A stretch of 36,649 bases of DNA from a bacterium (lineage in GTDB: Bacteria > Patescibacteriota > Minisyncoccia > Phycocordibacterales > GCA-002787175), in assembly GCA_030689285.1 (NCBI GenBank), contig JAUYJM010000007.1, forward strand, positions 1-36,649, given 5' to 3'. A program made the position numbers and the translations under genes. Positions 6,091 to 15,063 of the stretch are shown one piece after another. Under the pieces are notes generated by a model. The model was not told where the DNA came from. It did not search any database and worked only from the letters and a program-made list of their open reading frames with translations. The stretch's first letter is position 1. Each line of letters opens with the position of its first letter.

Positions 6091-6441
6091 ATGGTACGCG
6101 TAAAAAAGGGTGTCAACGCCCTGAAAACAAGAAGAAATATATTAAAGGCGGCCAAAGGCTACCGTTTCGGACGCTCAAAAAAGGAGAGGGCCGCTTATGA
6201 AGCACTCGCCCACGCCGGAAAGTACTCTTTCGCGCACAGAAGAGACAAAAAAAATGACTTTAGAAGACTCTGGAATGTTCAAATAAGCTCGTCTCTTAGG
6301 CCCCTGGGTTTCTCATACAGCAAATTTATCGGGATACTTAAAAGAAAAAAGATTGAACTTGATAGAAAGATTTTAGCGACGCTTGCCGAAACAAATCCAG
6401 AAACATTTAAGAGGGTGGTGAAGAAAACGGAAAAAATTTAG
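6091..6441 (+). CDS. rplT: 50S ribosomal protein L20
   Basis: MVRVKKGVNALKTRRNILKAAKGYRFGRSK... is the canonical L20 N-terminus. Confidence 0.95.
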   Translation: MVRVKKGVNALKTRRNILKAAKGYRFGRSKKERAAYEALAHAGKYSFAHRRDKKNDFRRLWNVQISSSLRPLGFSYSKFIGILKRKKIELDRKILATLAETNPETFKRVVKKTEKI

Positions 6442-6462
6442 GGAGTTTTGAATGTAAAAAAT

Positions 6463-6492
6463 CGTGTTCGTTTTATGCAAACGCGGTTTTTT
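6463..6492. terminator. probable bidirectional terminator between convergent rplT and the MBL gene
   Basis: CGTGTT(6463-6468)...AACGCG(6480-5) with a G.T wobble, flanked by AAAAAA upstream and TTTTTT downstream. Confidence 0.35.
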
Positions 6493-6508
6493 ATGCTGAT
6501 AGAAAAAA

Positions 6509-7870
6509 TCAGAATTCTATCTCATACTTATCTCCCACTTTCGGCGCCACGGCTTCTACGCAGAGGTAGTCCCGAATCCTTTGAGCCAAAAACATTGATG
6601 CTTTTGGCTCGCCCATTGCTACGAAAACTTTTTTCAAGGTCTCTGCCGAATTGGATACAAATTCCAAAAGACCCTCACCGTCTTTGTGCGAAGAGTAGCC
6701 GTTTATTGTAACGATTTTCGCCCTGACCCTGACCTTTTTGTCCCCTATTTTTACCTCTTTTAAACCGTCCTGAATCTCTCTGCCCAAACTTCCTACGGCT
6801 TGATAGCCGACAAAAAGGATAGTAACGGAAGGATCGGGCAGAAGTCTTTCTTCATGCTTGACGATTCGCCCGCCGGAAGACATCCCTGAGCCGGCTATTA
6901 CAATCTTTGGCCCGCTTTGGGAAACTATTTCTCTGGATTCTATAGAGGATTCAGTCACCTTGAGCATAGGAAAAGAAAAAATATCGTCGCCTTCAGCTAA
7001 ATGCTTTTGGATATCATTATTTAAGTTTTTCGGCATTCTTCTGTAAATTTCGGTAACCTTTACTGCCAACGGCGAATCCAAAAAAACCTTTACGTCCTTT
7101 ATAGACCCACTTTCCACAAGGTCATTAAGTTTATGCAGTAGTATTTGGGTTTTTTCAATTGAAAACGAAGGGATGAGCAATGTTCCTTTTTTAGATATGA
7201 CATCTCTTATAACCCGTTCAAAGTTTTCCTCTCTTTCGCTCCTGTTCTCGTGATTCCTGTCTCCATATACGCTTTCCACCACCATATAGTCGGCTAAAGA
7301 GACTTTTTCGGTGTCATTTAAAAGAGGTGAGGGAGAATTTCCAAGGTCTCCGCTAAATACCATGCTCTTTCCATTTCTCTCCAAAATCACAATAGCCGAA
7401 CCTAAAATATGGCCCGCGTCTTTAAATATCGCGCGCAAATCAACCCCTGCGCCAAACCATTCCCTGTAATCGTAAGTGTCCCATAGAGCCAACGCGGCAA
7501 GAGCATCTTCCTTTGCGTAGAGAGGTTCTTTTTTCTCTCTTTCCATAATGGAGATGGCATCTTCAAACATAAAAGAAGCCATTGCCTTGGTTTCAGCGGT
7601 ACTTATAATCCTGCCCTTAAACCCGTCTCTAACAAGCTTTGGTACGCGCCCTATGTGGTCTATATGAGCATGAGTTATAAAACATATGTCTATGTCTGAC
7701 GGGTCATACGGGAATGGCTTTCTATTTTCATCTTCCGCAAAATTTTCACCCTGTATGAGCCCACAGTCCACTAAAATACGCTCCTTTCCCGTATCAAGCA
7801 GAAAATTTGAACCGGTAACCTTTCTGACACCGCCCCAAAAAACAATAGAGCTTTTAAAGTCACTTTTCAT
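6509..7870 (-). CDS. MBL-fold metallo-hydrolase, beta-CASP RNA-processing nuclease family
   Basis: Carries the HAHIDHIG metal motif, beta-CASP-like central region and C-terminal ...GYSSHKDGEGLLEF. I place the start at the ATG at 7870 (MKSDFKSSIVFWGG...); the upstream GTG at 7915 is less likely. Confidence 0.85.
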   Translation of the reverse strand: MKSDFKSSIVFWGGVRKVTGSNFLLDTGKERILVDCGLIQGENFAEDENRKPFPYDPSDIDICFITHAHIDHIGRVPKLVRDGFKGRIISTAETKAMASFMFEDAISIMEREKKEPLYAKEDALAALALWDTYDYREWFGAGVDLRAIFKDAGHILGSAIVILERNGKSMVFSGDLGNSPSPLLNDTEKVSLADYMVVESVYGDRNHENRSEREENFERVIRDVISKKGTLLIPSFSIEKTQILLHKLNDLVESGSIKDVKVFLDSPLAVKVTEIYRRMPKNLNNDIQKHLAEGDDIFSFPMLKVTESSIESREIVSQSGPKIVIAGSGMSSGGRIVKHEERLLPDPSVTILFVGYQAVGSLGREIQDGLKEVKIGDKKVRVRAKIVTINGYSSHKDGEGLLEFVSNSAETLKKVFVAMGEPKASMFLAQRIRDYLCVEAVAPKVGDKYEIEF

Positions 7871-8309
7871 AAGTGTTTGTCTCCTCCGAAAACAATTTTG
7901 ACGCATCGACTCCACGGACTCTCTGCCATATTGAAAATGCCGACAAGCCGCCTAAAAGATCCAAAAAAAGGTCTTTTACGGTATCAAAGCTGTAGCTTAC
8001 AAAACGGTATTCTATGATGCCTATACTATATTCAAATATCTCCCAAACTACTCCCACAAAAGCGGTGCCGAAAATAACCAATTTGAACATCTTGTCTCCG
8101 CCTTCTTTGTCTCGTAAATCATCGTAAGAAAGAAATTTTTTACCAAAAAGAACAAAAACAAATCCGATAAGAAGTCCGCCGAAAAAATGCATGGGAATAT
8201 CCAGCCAAAAATAGCGCCAATACAAGAAGAACTCCAACGCCAAAACGTGCGCGGTGGCTACGGACAGGCTTGTCAAAAATATCCAAAATATGAGTTTTCT
8301 TTCTGACAT
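7860..8309 (-). CDS. hypothetical polytopic membrane protein (149 aa)
   Basis: Four or five hydrophobic segments. The stop overlaps the downstream nuclease start by 11 nt (ATGAAAAGTGA). Confidence 0.6.
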   Translation of the reverse strand: MSERKLIFWIFLTSLSVATAHVLALEFFLYWRYFWLDIPMHFFGGLLIGFVFVLFGKKFLSYDDLRDKEGGDKMFKLVIFGTAFVGVVWEIFEYSIGIIEYRFVSYSFDTVKDLFLDLLGGLSAFSIWQRVRGVDASKLFSEETNTYEK

Positions 8310-8544
8310 GACATCCTATTAGTTCAAGAAAAACTCGCCCGACGAGGCGGACGAGCCTTTCTTAGGGTTACTTGAGAATATACCCTAAAAAAATTTAGGT
8401 GGGTGCCCTCAGCTTCACTTATCTGAAGACTTTTGGACGCACAGAGGGAAATTCCGCGCGTTCAAAAGTCCTCATCAAAGCGAAAACGATTTGGGCTCCC
8501 TAAAAAAGAGGTATAGAGTTTTTATCACAAGTAACCCTGTATAT

Positions 8545-8574
8545 ATTATAACTCTCAATCGCTCTGAAATGCAA
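8545..8574 (-). promoter_or_regulatory. strong sigma70-like promoter (minus strand)
   Basis: On the minus strand: TTGCAT(8574-8569)-N18-TATAAT(8550-8545), about 230 nt upstream of the ATG at 8309. Confidence 0.4.
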
Positions 8575-8691
8575 CAACAACGCGAAGGTTAGTTGTAACT
8601 TTATATGCCGATGCGCCGTAATGCAAAATATTCAAACGAATACGACAGAAATTTTTATGGAAATGAGGAGGGGGCACGCCAAGACTGCAAA

Positions 8692-9294
8692 TCATTCCAA
8701 GATTCCGTCAATATTTACATCATAAAGTATGGATTCCTGAACCAAGCGGTAATTTATGATTTCTTCCGGTTTAAACCAGTGAGCGATTTCGTCTTCCGCT
8801 TCTTTTACCGACCCTGAAGCGTGAATCAAATTTCTGACGGCGCGGCTGTCTGAATCGGCCATAGCGTAAGAATCCAATACAAAATCCCCCCTAATCGTAC
8901 CCACATCGGAAGAACGGGGTTCCGTGCCTCCCGTCATCTTTCTTATAAGTTCCACCGCGTGAGCTCCTTGCCATACCATAGCGACCACAGGTCCGCTTGT
9001 CATATACTTTTTAAGACTTTCAATGACTCTGTCGCCGACCTCAATCGGGTCCAAAGATGGCGGTTTTTGGCCTTTTTTCTGATAGCTTTCTATGGCTTTC
9101 TCGCCCACCAGACGTTTCCAATTCGGGTCTATAGAATAATGCGCTTCTATGTGCTCGGGTGTCGGCACAAGCATTTTTATGGCTACAAGTTTTAACCCAA
9201 GTCTCTCGTAACGCTTGACAATCTCTCCCGTAAGAGTTCGTTGGATGCCGTCCGGCTTTATTACAACCAGAGTTTTTTCGTGTCTAAAATGCAT
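8692..9294 (-). CDS. ndk: nucleoside-diphosphate kinase (long form with internal insertion)
   Basis: TLVVIKPDGIQRTLTGEIVKRYE...GLKLVAIKML...SGPVVAMVWQG...GTIRGDF...NLIHASGS are the NDK motifs. An insertion of about 40 aa follows HIEAHY. Confidence 0.9.
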   Translation of the reverse strand: MHFRHEKTLVVIKPDGIQRTLTGEIVKRYERLGLKLVAIKMLVPTPEHIEAHYSIDPNWKRLVGEKAIESYQKKGQKPPSLDPIEVGDRVIESLKKYMTSGPVVAMVWQGAHAVELIRKMTGGTEPRSSDVGTIRGDFVLDSYAMADSDSRAVRNLIHASGSVKEAEDEIAHWFKPEEIINYRLVQESILYDVNIDGILE

Positions 9295-9369
9295 GCGGTA
9301 AGTATAAAGTCAAAGGTAAAAAGTGTAAAGCGAAAAAATCAGTGTCTGCCCGTGTAGAGACGGAAACTT

Positions 9370-10182
9370 TTAGACGCCTAAAAATGGCGTTAAAATTTCC
9401 GGTCCCTTGCTTGTAATAGCTATCGTTTGTTCAAAATGGGCCGCGATAGCACCGTCTTTCGTTCTATAAGTGAAACCGTCCTCGTCCAAACAGACGTCTC
9501 CCTTCCCCAAAGTAAACATCGGTTCTATTGCCAATACCATACCAGGTAAGAGCCTCTCCCCTTTTCCAGATTGCCCGTAATTTGGCACAAACGGCTCTTC
9601 GTGGACTTTGTACCCCACGCCGTGACCGGCCAGGTCTCTGACGATTCCGAATCCAAACGGTTTTACGAAATTTTCTATTGCCGCCCCTATATCTCCAACC
9701 GTATTACCCGGCCTTGCCTCTTTTATTCCTTGAGCGAGCGCATCTCTCGTAACTTTAATCAACTCAATCTTTTTATCCTCGTCTGGCTGTCTTTTTTTGT
9801 TTGTTATTTCGCGGTCATAGGTCACTAAAACCGTCACCGCCATATCGGTAATCATTCCCCTATGACAGAGACCGCAGTCCAGAGACACAACGTCCCCTTC
9901 CGCTAGGACAATCTCCTTTTCGTTGGGAATTCCATGCACTACGGCATCATTTACAGACACGCAAACGCTTGCCGGAAAAGCCCGCGCGGCGCCATTCGGT
10001 TTATAGTTTAAAAAAGCTCCTTCATCGCCCAAATTTTTTATTTTTTCCTCCGCTATGCGGTTTAGACTGTTCGCCGAGACTTTGGAAACGGCGGCAACCG
10101 AAAGGTCTCGTAAGAGTTCGGCCAGTCGCGATCCTCCTTCCCGCAAGATATCTATTTCTTTTTCCGTTTTCAAGCGTATCAT
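9370..10182 (-). CDS. map: type I methionine aminopeptidase
   Basis: IRLKTEKEIDILREGG...VVHGIP...DCG...GHGVG...HEEP...LAIEP... are the metal-ligand motifs. It follows adk with an ATGA overlap. Confidence 0.9.
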   Translation of the reverse strand: MIRLKTEKEIDILREGGSRLAELLRDLSVAAVSKVSANSLNRIAEEKIKNLGDEGAFLNYKPNGAARAFPASVCVSVNDAVVHGIPNEKEIVLAEGDVVSLDCGLCHRGMITDMAVTVLVTYDREITNKKRQPDEDKKIELIKVTRDALAQGIKEARPGNTVGDIGAAIENFVKPFGFGIVRDLAGHGVGYKVHEEPFVPNYGQSGKGERLLPGMVLAIEPMFTLGKGDVCLDEDGFTYRTKDGAIAAHFEQTIAITSKGPEILTPFLGV

Positions 10183-10793
10183 CTTAGAGAATTTGAGTAC
10201 GCTTTTATCTTGCCCACTATATCCTCATGCACTTTCTCAACCGTCTGTTCGCCGTTTATTTCAAAAAAAACCATACTTTTGTTTTGATTTTCTTCAAAAT
10301 AGGCGATAGCAGGCACCACATTTTGATAGTACCAATCCAAACGCCTGTTTATGGAACTTTCGGTGTCATCCTCTCGCCCCCTTTCCGTAAGTCTTTTGAA
10401 AGACCATTCACGATTCACGTTTATGAAAATCACAAAAATCGGCTTGAATCTGTAAAATTCTAAAGCGTTGGCGAGAATCGGCGCTTCCGCCACTCGTCTG
10501 GAAAGCCCGTCCGCAATCAAATTTTCTTCCCCTGTAAAATTGTCTATTATAAACGACGACCAAATCCAAATCGGAAAAAATTCTGGAAAAAGGCCGCCAT
10601 GTTCCAAAACTTCTCTTGTTAATTTATTTGTGTACCCGTCTTTTTCGTTAAATTTTCTGGCCAATCCGCCTGTCTCTATGTAAATGGATTTCCTACCGGA
10701 GTTTTTTTCCAAATACTCCTTTATTAAGTTTGCTTGAGTACCTTTACCGGAACCGGATGGTCCGAAAAATAAAAAAGCGGATGGTGATTCCAT
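10179..10793 (-). CDS. adk: adenylate kinase
   Basis: P-loop FFGPSGSGKGTQ, positioned between secY and map. I use the ATG at 10793; the ORF-track start at 10826 is a TTG. Confidence 0.85.
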   Translation of the reverse strand: MESPSAFLFFGPSGSGKGTQANLIKEYLEKNSGRKSIYIETGGLARKFNEKDGYTNKLTREVLEHGGLFPEFFPIWIWSSFIIDNFTGEENLIADGLSRRVAEAPILANALEFYRFKPIFVIFINVNREWSFKRLTERGREDDTESSINRRLDWYYQNVVPAIAYFEENQNKSMVFFEINGEQTVEKVHEDIVGKIKAYSNSLR

Positions 10794-10845
10794 AAAATAA
10801 AGATAGGTGTTTTTAAAGTTGCTCAATTATAACTTAAATCTGCCT

Positions 10846-12123
10846 TTAATACTCCCTCATTGAAACCTGCGCGTCTATCTTCTTTACGAGGTCAGTGACC
10901 ACAGAAACCGCTATAAGAAGCGCTGTGCCGCCTATCGCGAGAGTGGCGTTACCGGTTACCCCTTGCATAATAAGAGGTAAAACAGCTATAGCGCCGAGAA
11001 AAAGCGCCCCTACCAAAGTTATTCTAGTGAGCACTTGAGAAACATATTTCGCCGTAGTCTGGCCGGGACGCACCCCGGGAATGAAAGCGCCGTTTTTTTG
11101 CAAATTTGTGGACAAAGCATCGGGGTCAAAGGTGATGGCGGTGTAGAAATAAGTGAAGAAAAATACCAAAATAAAATAAAGAGACGAATAAAACCACGGG
11201 TTCTGAAGCACCGATAGCGCGACCGAAGAGACTGCAGACACTATGTCGTTTGGTATCCGAGACAGGAAGTTTATAACCATCTGTGGAAAAAATAGGATTG
11301 AAAGAGCGAATATTATGGGTATAACTCCCGCTTGATTGACTCTAAGCGGCAGATAAGTGGATATGCCCCCATAGACCTTCATACCGCGCACTCTTTTCGC
11401 GTAAGTTACGGGAATGGGTCTCTCGGCTTCAGTTACAATCACGACCCCTAGAACTATGAGGCAGGCAAGAAAAAGAAAACCTAAGAAAATCGGTATCTGA
11501 GACGGGTCGGCCGACAACTGATAAAAAAGCTGCGTGGCGGAACTCGGAATACTGGCGACGATTCCGGCAAAGATTATGAGCGAGACTCCGTTACCGATGC
11601 CAAACTCGCTTATAAGCTCTCCCAGCCACATCAGTAAAATAGAACCCGCCATTATTACCAGTATGTTTGTTATAACCTGTATAGGTAAAAGGTTACCTAC
11701 CACACCCTGACTCTGAAGCAAGGTCAGAAAAGCGAATCCTTGAATAAGGGCCAGAGGAACAGTCAAAAGTCTTGAGTATTGGCTGAACTTTCTCCTGCCC
11801 GCCTCGCCTTCTTCGTGATAAAGGGCTTTGAGCTTGGGCGACATCATAGTAAGAAGCTGCATTATGATAGACGCTGTAATATAGGGCCCCACCCCGAGCA
11901 TAACCAAAGAAAAATTTGAAAGTCCGCCGCCGGAAAATACGTTAAAAAGACCCAAAAGTTGGTTTCCCGCCAAAAATTCGTCTAGCCGGCCTTGGTCAAT
12001 GCCGGGAATGGGGATTGAAGCAAGAAATCTGAAAATAGCCAGCACCGCGAGCACGAAAAAGATTTTTCGGCGAAGACCGCGGTCATTGAAAAGCAAAGTG
12101 ATTTTTTGTCCAAAGTCGCTCAT
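10846..12123 (-). CDS. secY: preprotein translocase subunit SecY
   Basis: Ten-TM protein. ...LGVGPYITASIIMQLL... is the SecY signature. It follows rplO. Confidence 0.95.
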   Translation of the reverse strand: MSDFGQKITLLFNDRGLRRKIFFVLAVLAIFRFLASIPIPGIDQGRLDEFLAGNQLLGLFNVFSGGGLSNFSLVMLGVGPYITASIIMQLLTMMSPKLKALYHEEGEAGRRKFSQYSRLLTVPLALIQGFAFLTLLQSQGVVGNLLPIQVITNILVIMAGSILLMWLGELISEFGIGNGVSLIIFAGIVASIPSSATQLFYQLSADPSQIPIFLGFLFLACLIVLGVVIVTEAERPIPVTYAKRVRGMKVYGGISTYLPLRVNQAGVIPIIFALSILFFPQMVINFLSRIPNDIVSAVSSVALSVLQNPWFYSSLYFILVFFFTYFYTAITFDPDALSTNLQKNGAFIPGVRPGQTTAKYVSQVLTRITLVGALFLGAIAVLPLIMQGVTGNATLAIGGTALLIAVSVVTDLVKKIDAQVSMREY

Positions 12124-12129
12124 AATTTT

Positions 12130-12573
12130 TTACAGAGATACGGTGCCCCCGGCCGCTTCTATTTTTTCCTTAGCAGAAACTGAAACCGCGCAATTGACTA
12201 CCGAAAGTTTCTTTGTAATAGTCCCTTCTCCCAAAATTTTAACGGAAAATTTAGAGTCTTTGCCTCCGGACAAAACTTTTTTCCTCGCAAGTTCTTGCGG
12301 ACTGACCTTTTCTCCGTCAGAAAAATGCTTTTCTAAAACTTCCAAGTTTACCACCAAGGGCTTTATTTTGAAGCTTTTAAACATGTTTTTGCCTCGACCG
12401 CGCATTTTGGGAAGCTTTTTTATAAAATCGCGAAATTCCGGCCTGATTTTTCTTCCAGCCCTGGCTTTTTGCCCCTTGGTACCGCGCCCGGAGGTTTTAC
12501 CGCGCTTGCCGCCGCGTCCGACTTGCGTGGACTTTTTGTTTGGGTGTTTTCTTTTTAGGTTGTTTATTTGCAT
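12130..12573 (-). CDS. rplO: 50S ribosomal protein L15
   Basis: GRGGKRGKTSGRGTKGQKARAG is the Gly/Arg-rich L15 N-terminus. Confidence 0.9.
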   Translation of the reverse strand: MQINNLKRKHPNKKSTQVGRGGKRGKTSGRGTKGQKARAGRKIRPEFRDFIKKLPKMRGRGKNMFKSFKIKPLVVNLEVLEKHFSDGEKVSPQELARKKVLSGGKDSKFSVKILGEGTITKKLSVVNCAVSVSAKEKIEAAGGTVSL

Positions 12574-12617
12574 AGAAGATATGACTTTTTTAAGTCTCTG
12601 TTCTCAAAATTTATATA

Positions 12618-13232
12618 CTATTTACTCTCTTGTATCAAAACACTAGTCTCTCCGGACGATTCAGTCAAAGCTTTCGGTGCGCGGGATTTAAGCGAGAGCA
12701 AAGTGAGGGCTTTAACGGTTGCCTGCGCGATATTCAACTTGTTCTTGCTTCCAGAAAACACTTTGCCAACCACATCCCTTAAACCAGCAAGCGAAAGTAC
12801 GTCTCTAACGGCGCTTCCGGCCACAAGACCCTTTCCGGGTGAAGGCATAAGCGCGATGCGAGCGCTTGAATATTTTACGGCAATCTCATGAGGTATTGAA
12901 CCTGACTTAGTGGGACTCGCTGAAATCATATTTTTCTTGGCATTTTTTATCGCTTTCTCTATAGCTAAAGAGGTGTCTCCGGCCTTGCCAGTACCGACAC
13001 CGACCCTACCTTTTTTGTCTCCTATAACTATAGCCACACTGAAGCTGAATCTTCTTCCTCCTGCGGCCACTCTTGTTACGCGTCTTATAGCCAGAATCTT
13101 TTGAGCGAATTCAGGCCTTCTGTCTTCACGGACAGGACGCCTTCTTGTGTTTTTGGTAAATTCGCGGCTACCGGATGTATTTGGCCCTCTGCCTTGTTTT
13201 TGTTGCGGTTGAGATTGTTTCAATTTGTCCAT
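12618..13232 (-). CDS. rpsE: 30S ribosomal protein S5 (with ~40-aa basic N-terminal extension)
   Basis: ...ILAIRRVTRVAAGGRRFSFSVAIVIGDKKGRVGVGTGKA... is the S5 core. Confidence 0.9.
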   Translation of the reverse strand: MDKLKQSQPQQKQGRGPNTSGSREFTKNTRRRPVREDRRPEFAQKILAIRRVTRVAAGGRRFSFSVAIVIGDKKGRVGVGTGKAGDTSLAIEKAIKNAKKNMISASPTKSGSIPHEIAVKYSSARIALMPSPGKGLVAGSAVRDVLSLAGLRDVVGKVFSGSKNKLNIAQATVKALTLLSLKSRAPKALTESSGETSVLIQESK

Positions 13233-13237
13233 AAGAT

Positions 13238-13579
13238 TTAAAAAATTAACCCCCCCTTTCTCGCTCCGTCCGCGAAAGATTTTACAGCCCCAGCGTACAA
13301 GTAGCCAGCCCTGTCAAAAACAACGCTTTTTATGCCTTTTTCTTTGGCCCGCTTGGCAATTACACTGCCGGCGGCCTCTGCCTTTTCAACCCTAGTTCCA
13401 TTTTTCTCTCCGCGAGTGGAAATTGAAACCAGAGTACTGCCGGAACTGTCATCTATTATTTGGCCTGAAATGTAACGATTGGAACGAAAAACCGAAAGGC
13501 GAGGACGGTTGGCCGTACCTTTTACCTTTGCGCGAATGCGCTTGTGTCTGGTTATTCTATTGTCGGAATTAGATTTCAT
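13238..13579 (-). CDS. rplR: 50S ribosomal protein L18
   Basis: RHKRIRAKVKGTANRPRLSVFRSNRYISGQIIDD. I use the ATG at 13579; the ORF-track start at 13582 is a TTG. Confidence 0.9.
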   Translation of the reverse strand: MKSNSDNRITRHKRIRAKVKGTANRPRLSVFRSNRYISGQIIDDSSGSTLVSISTRGEKNGTRVEKAEAAGSVIAKRAKEKGIKSVVFDRAGYLYAGAVKSFADGARKGGLIF

Positions 13580-13679
13580 CAAATTAGTTCTTCAAGTTCA
13601 TAAAGTTTAAAGTTTATAAAGTATTTGTCTCTTTGGCCTTACCTGATGAACTTTACAAACTTGACAGACTTTTAACTCT
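13580..13679 (-). repeat. intergenic palindromic repeat, family B, copy 1
   Basis: AAGTT(Y)AT-type octamer arms flank the conserved core TAAAGTATTTGTCTCTTTGGCCTTACCTGATGAACTTTA. It fills the whole rplF-rplR spacer. Confidence 0.85.
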
Positions 13680-14213
13680 TTATGCTGTTTTCTTTCCTTC
13701 CTTCCTTCTGACCACCTCGTCTTCGTATCTCATACCTTTTCCCTTATAAGGTTCAGGTTTCTTTTTGTCGCGCAGTCTTGCGGCAAACTGCCCCACTTGC
13801 TCTTTGTCAATTCCCGAAACAGTGATTAAGCTTTTTTCCACTACAACAGCGATTCCTTCCGGAATCGCGACAGACACGGGATGAGAAAATCCAAGTTGCA
13901 TCACAATGTCTTTACCTTTCACTTCAGCCCTGAAGCCAACGCCTTCCAATATCAGTTTTTTTTCGTAAGGAGTCACTACCCCTTTTATCATATTTTGAAT
14001 ATGAGACGAATAAGTGCCCCAAAGCATCTTGGAAAACACAGTCTCCTCTTTCGGCTTCAAGACAATTCCTTCAGGAGTCTTCTCTATTGAAATGAGAGGT
14101 AAAAAATTTCTGGTTAAAACTCCTTTGGGCCCCTTCACCGCAAAAGAACCGTCAGTGAGAGTAACCTCGGTTTGCGCTGGTATGGGTATTATTTTTTTGC
14201 CGATTCGCGACAT
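13680..14213 (-). CDS. rplF: 50S ribosomal protein L6
   Basis: MSRIGKKIIPIPAQTEVTL...GPKG..., 177 aa, at the spc-operon position. Confidence 0.95.
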   Translation of the reverse strand: MSRIGKKIIPIPAQTEVTLTDGSFAVKGPKGVLTRNFLPLISIEKTPEGIVLKPKEETVFSKMLWGTYSSHIQNMIKGVVTPYEKKLILEGVGFRAEVKGKDIVMQLGFSHPVSVAIPEGIAVVVEKSLITVSGIDKEQVGQFAARLRDKKKPEPYKGKGMRYEDEVVRRKEGKKTA

Positions 14214-14314
14214 AAATAAGTTTATAAAGTTATAAAGTTTAAAAGTTTATAAAGTATTCGGCTCTTTGGTTTTGCTTGATGAACTTTATGAACTTGATAA
14301 ACTTTCTAATCTCT
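14214..14314 (-). repeat. intergenic palindromic repeat, family B, copy 2
   Basis: Core TAAAGTATTCGGCTCTTTGGTTTTGCTTGATGAACTTTA. The left arm AAGTTTATAAAGTTATAAAGTT is complementary to the right arm AACTTTATGAACTTGATAAACTT. Confidence 0.85.
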
Positions 14315-14695
14315 TTACCATATTTCAAATAAAGGTTCTCCTCCCAGCCTTTCTTTTCTGGCATCCTCTCCGGTCATAATTCCCCGAGGCGTAGACACCG
14401 CCACTTTTCCGTAACCTTGTTTTACCCTCCTTATGTCAGATGCTCTTATGTAAACCCTTTGCGAAGGCTTGGAGACCCTTCTCACTCCCTCTATCTTGGG
14501 AAGACCTCCGTCGTAAGCTAAAACCACTTTGATTTCTCTGCTCTTTTCCTTTCTGGAAAAATCAGAAATAAAGCCGTTCCTCTTCATAAGACCTAAAATG
14601 GATTCGTTCAAGTTGGAAGCCGGAATGAATACCGACTGCTTTCCCGCCTTATTGGCGTTTTGTATCTTTGTTATGATGTTTGAAATTTTGTCCAT
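14315..14695 (-). CDS. rpsH: 30S ribosomal protein S8
   Basis: MDKISNIITKIQNANKAGK...GGEPLFEIW is an S8-like N- and C-terminus. Confidence 0.95.
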   Translation of the reverse strand: MDKISNIITKIQNANKAGKQSVFIPASNLNESILGLMKRNGFISDFSRKEKSREIKVVLAYDGGLPKIEGVRRVSKPSQRVYIRASDIRRVKQGYGKVAVSTPRGIMTGEDARKERLGGEPLFEIW

Positions 14696-14814
14696 AATTT
14701 TTGTTCCGAAGTCGGCTCCAAACGATGCTCCCTAATTTTTCACCGTAAACATATTCATAATAGGTTCGGGCACTCTCCGTGTTTGCGGTCAAATCCGGAT
14801 CCGGACTTCCAGGG

Positions 14815-15000
14815 TTACCAGCTTGACTTCTTTACCCCAGGTATCATTCCTTCGTTGGCGAATTCGCGAAAACATATTCTGCAAAGACCGAAATCCCTTA
14901 TGAAGCCGCGTTTCCTGCCGCAACGAAAACATCTGCGCACAATTCTACTGCTCCACTTCGGTTTTTTGACGCTCCTTGCTATTACTGATTTTTTTGCCAT
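14815..15000 (-). CDS. rpsN: 30S ribosomal protein S14, zinc-binding type Z (61 aa)
   Basis: [10 protein letters not shown]...[23 protein letters not shown]...W carries CxxC...CxxC. The ATG at 15000 lies within ORF 14815..15036. Confidence 0.9.
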   Translation of the reverse strand: MAKKSVIARSVKKPKWSSRIVRRCFRCGRKRGFIRDFGLCRICFREFANEGMIPGVKKSSW

Positions 15001-15063
15001 ATTTTTAGCAACAGGGTTACAAGATATTAACAACAAAAACTTCTTGAGTCAAGACTGCTTATG

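Noticed and set aside
8310-8691. RNase P RNA, SRP RNA or a known riboswitch in the ndk-downstream spacer.
   Set aside because: I could find none of the conserved cores on either strand: GAGGAAAGTCCGGGC for RNase P, GGAAGCAGCC-type domain IV for SRP, or the fluoride/TPP/SAM consensus elements.
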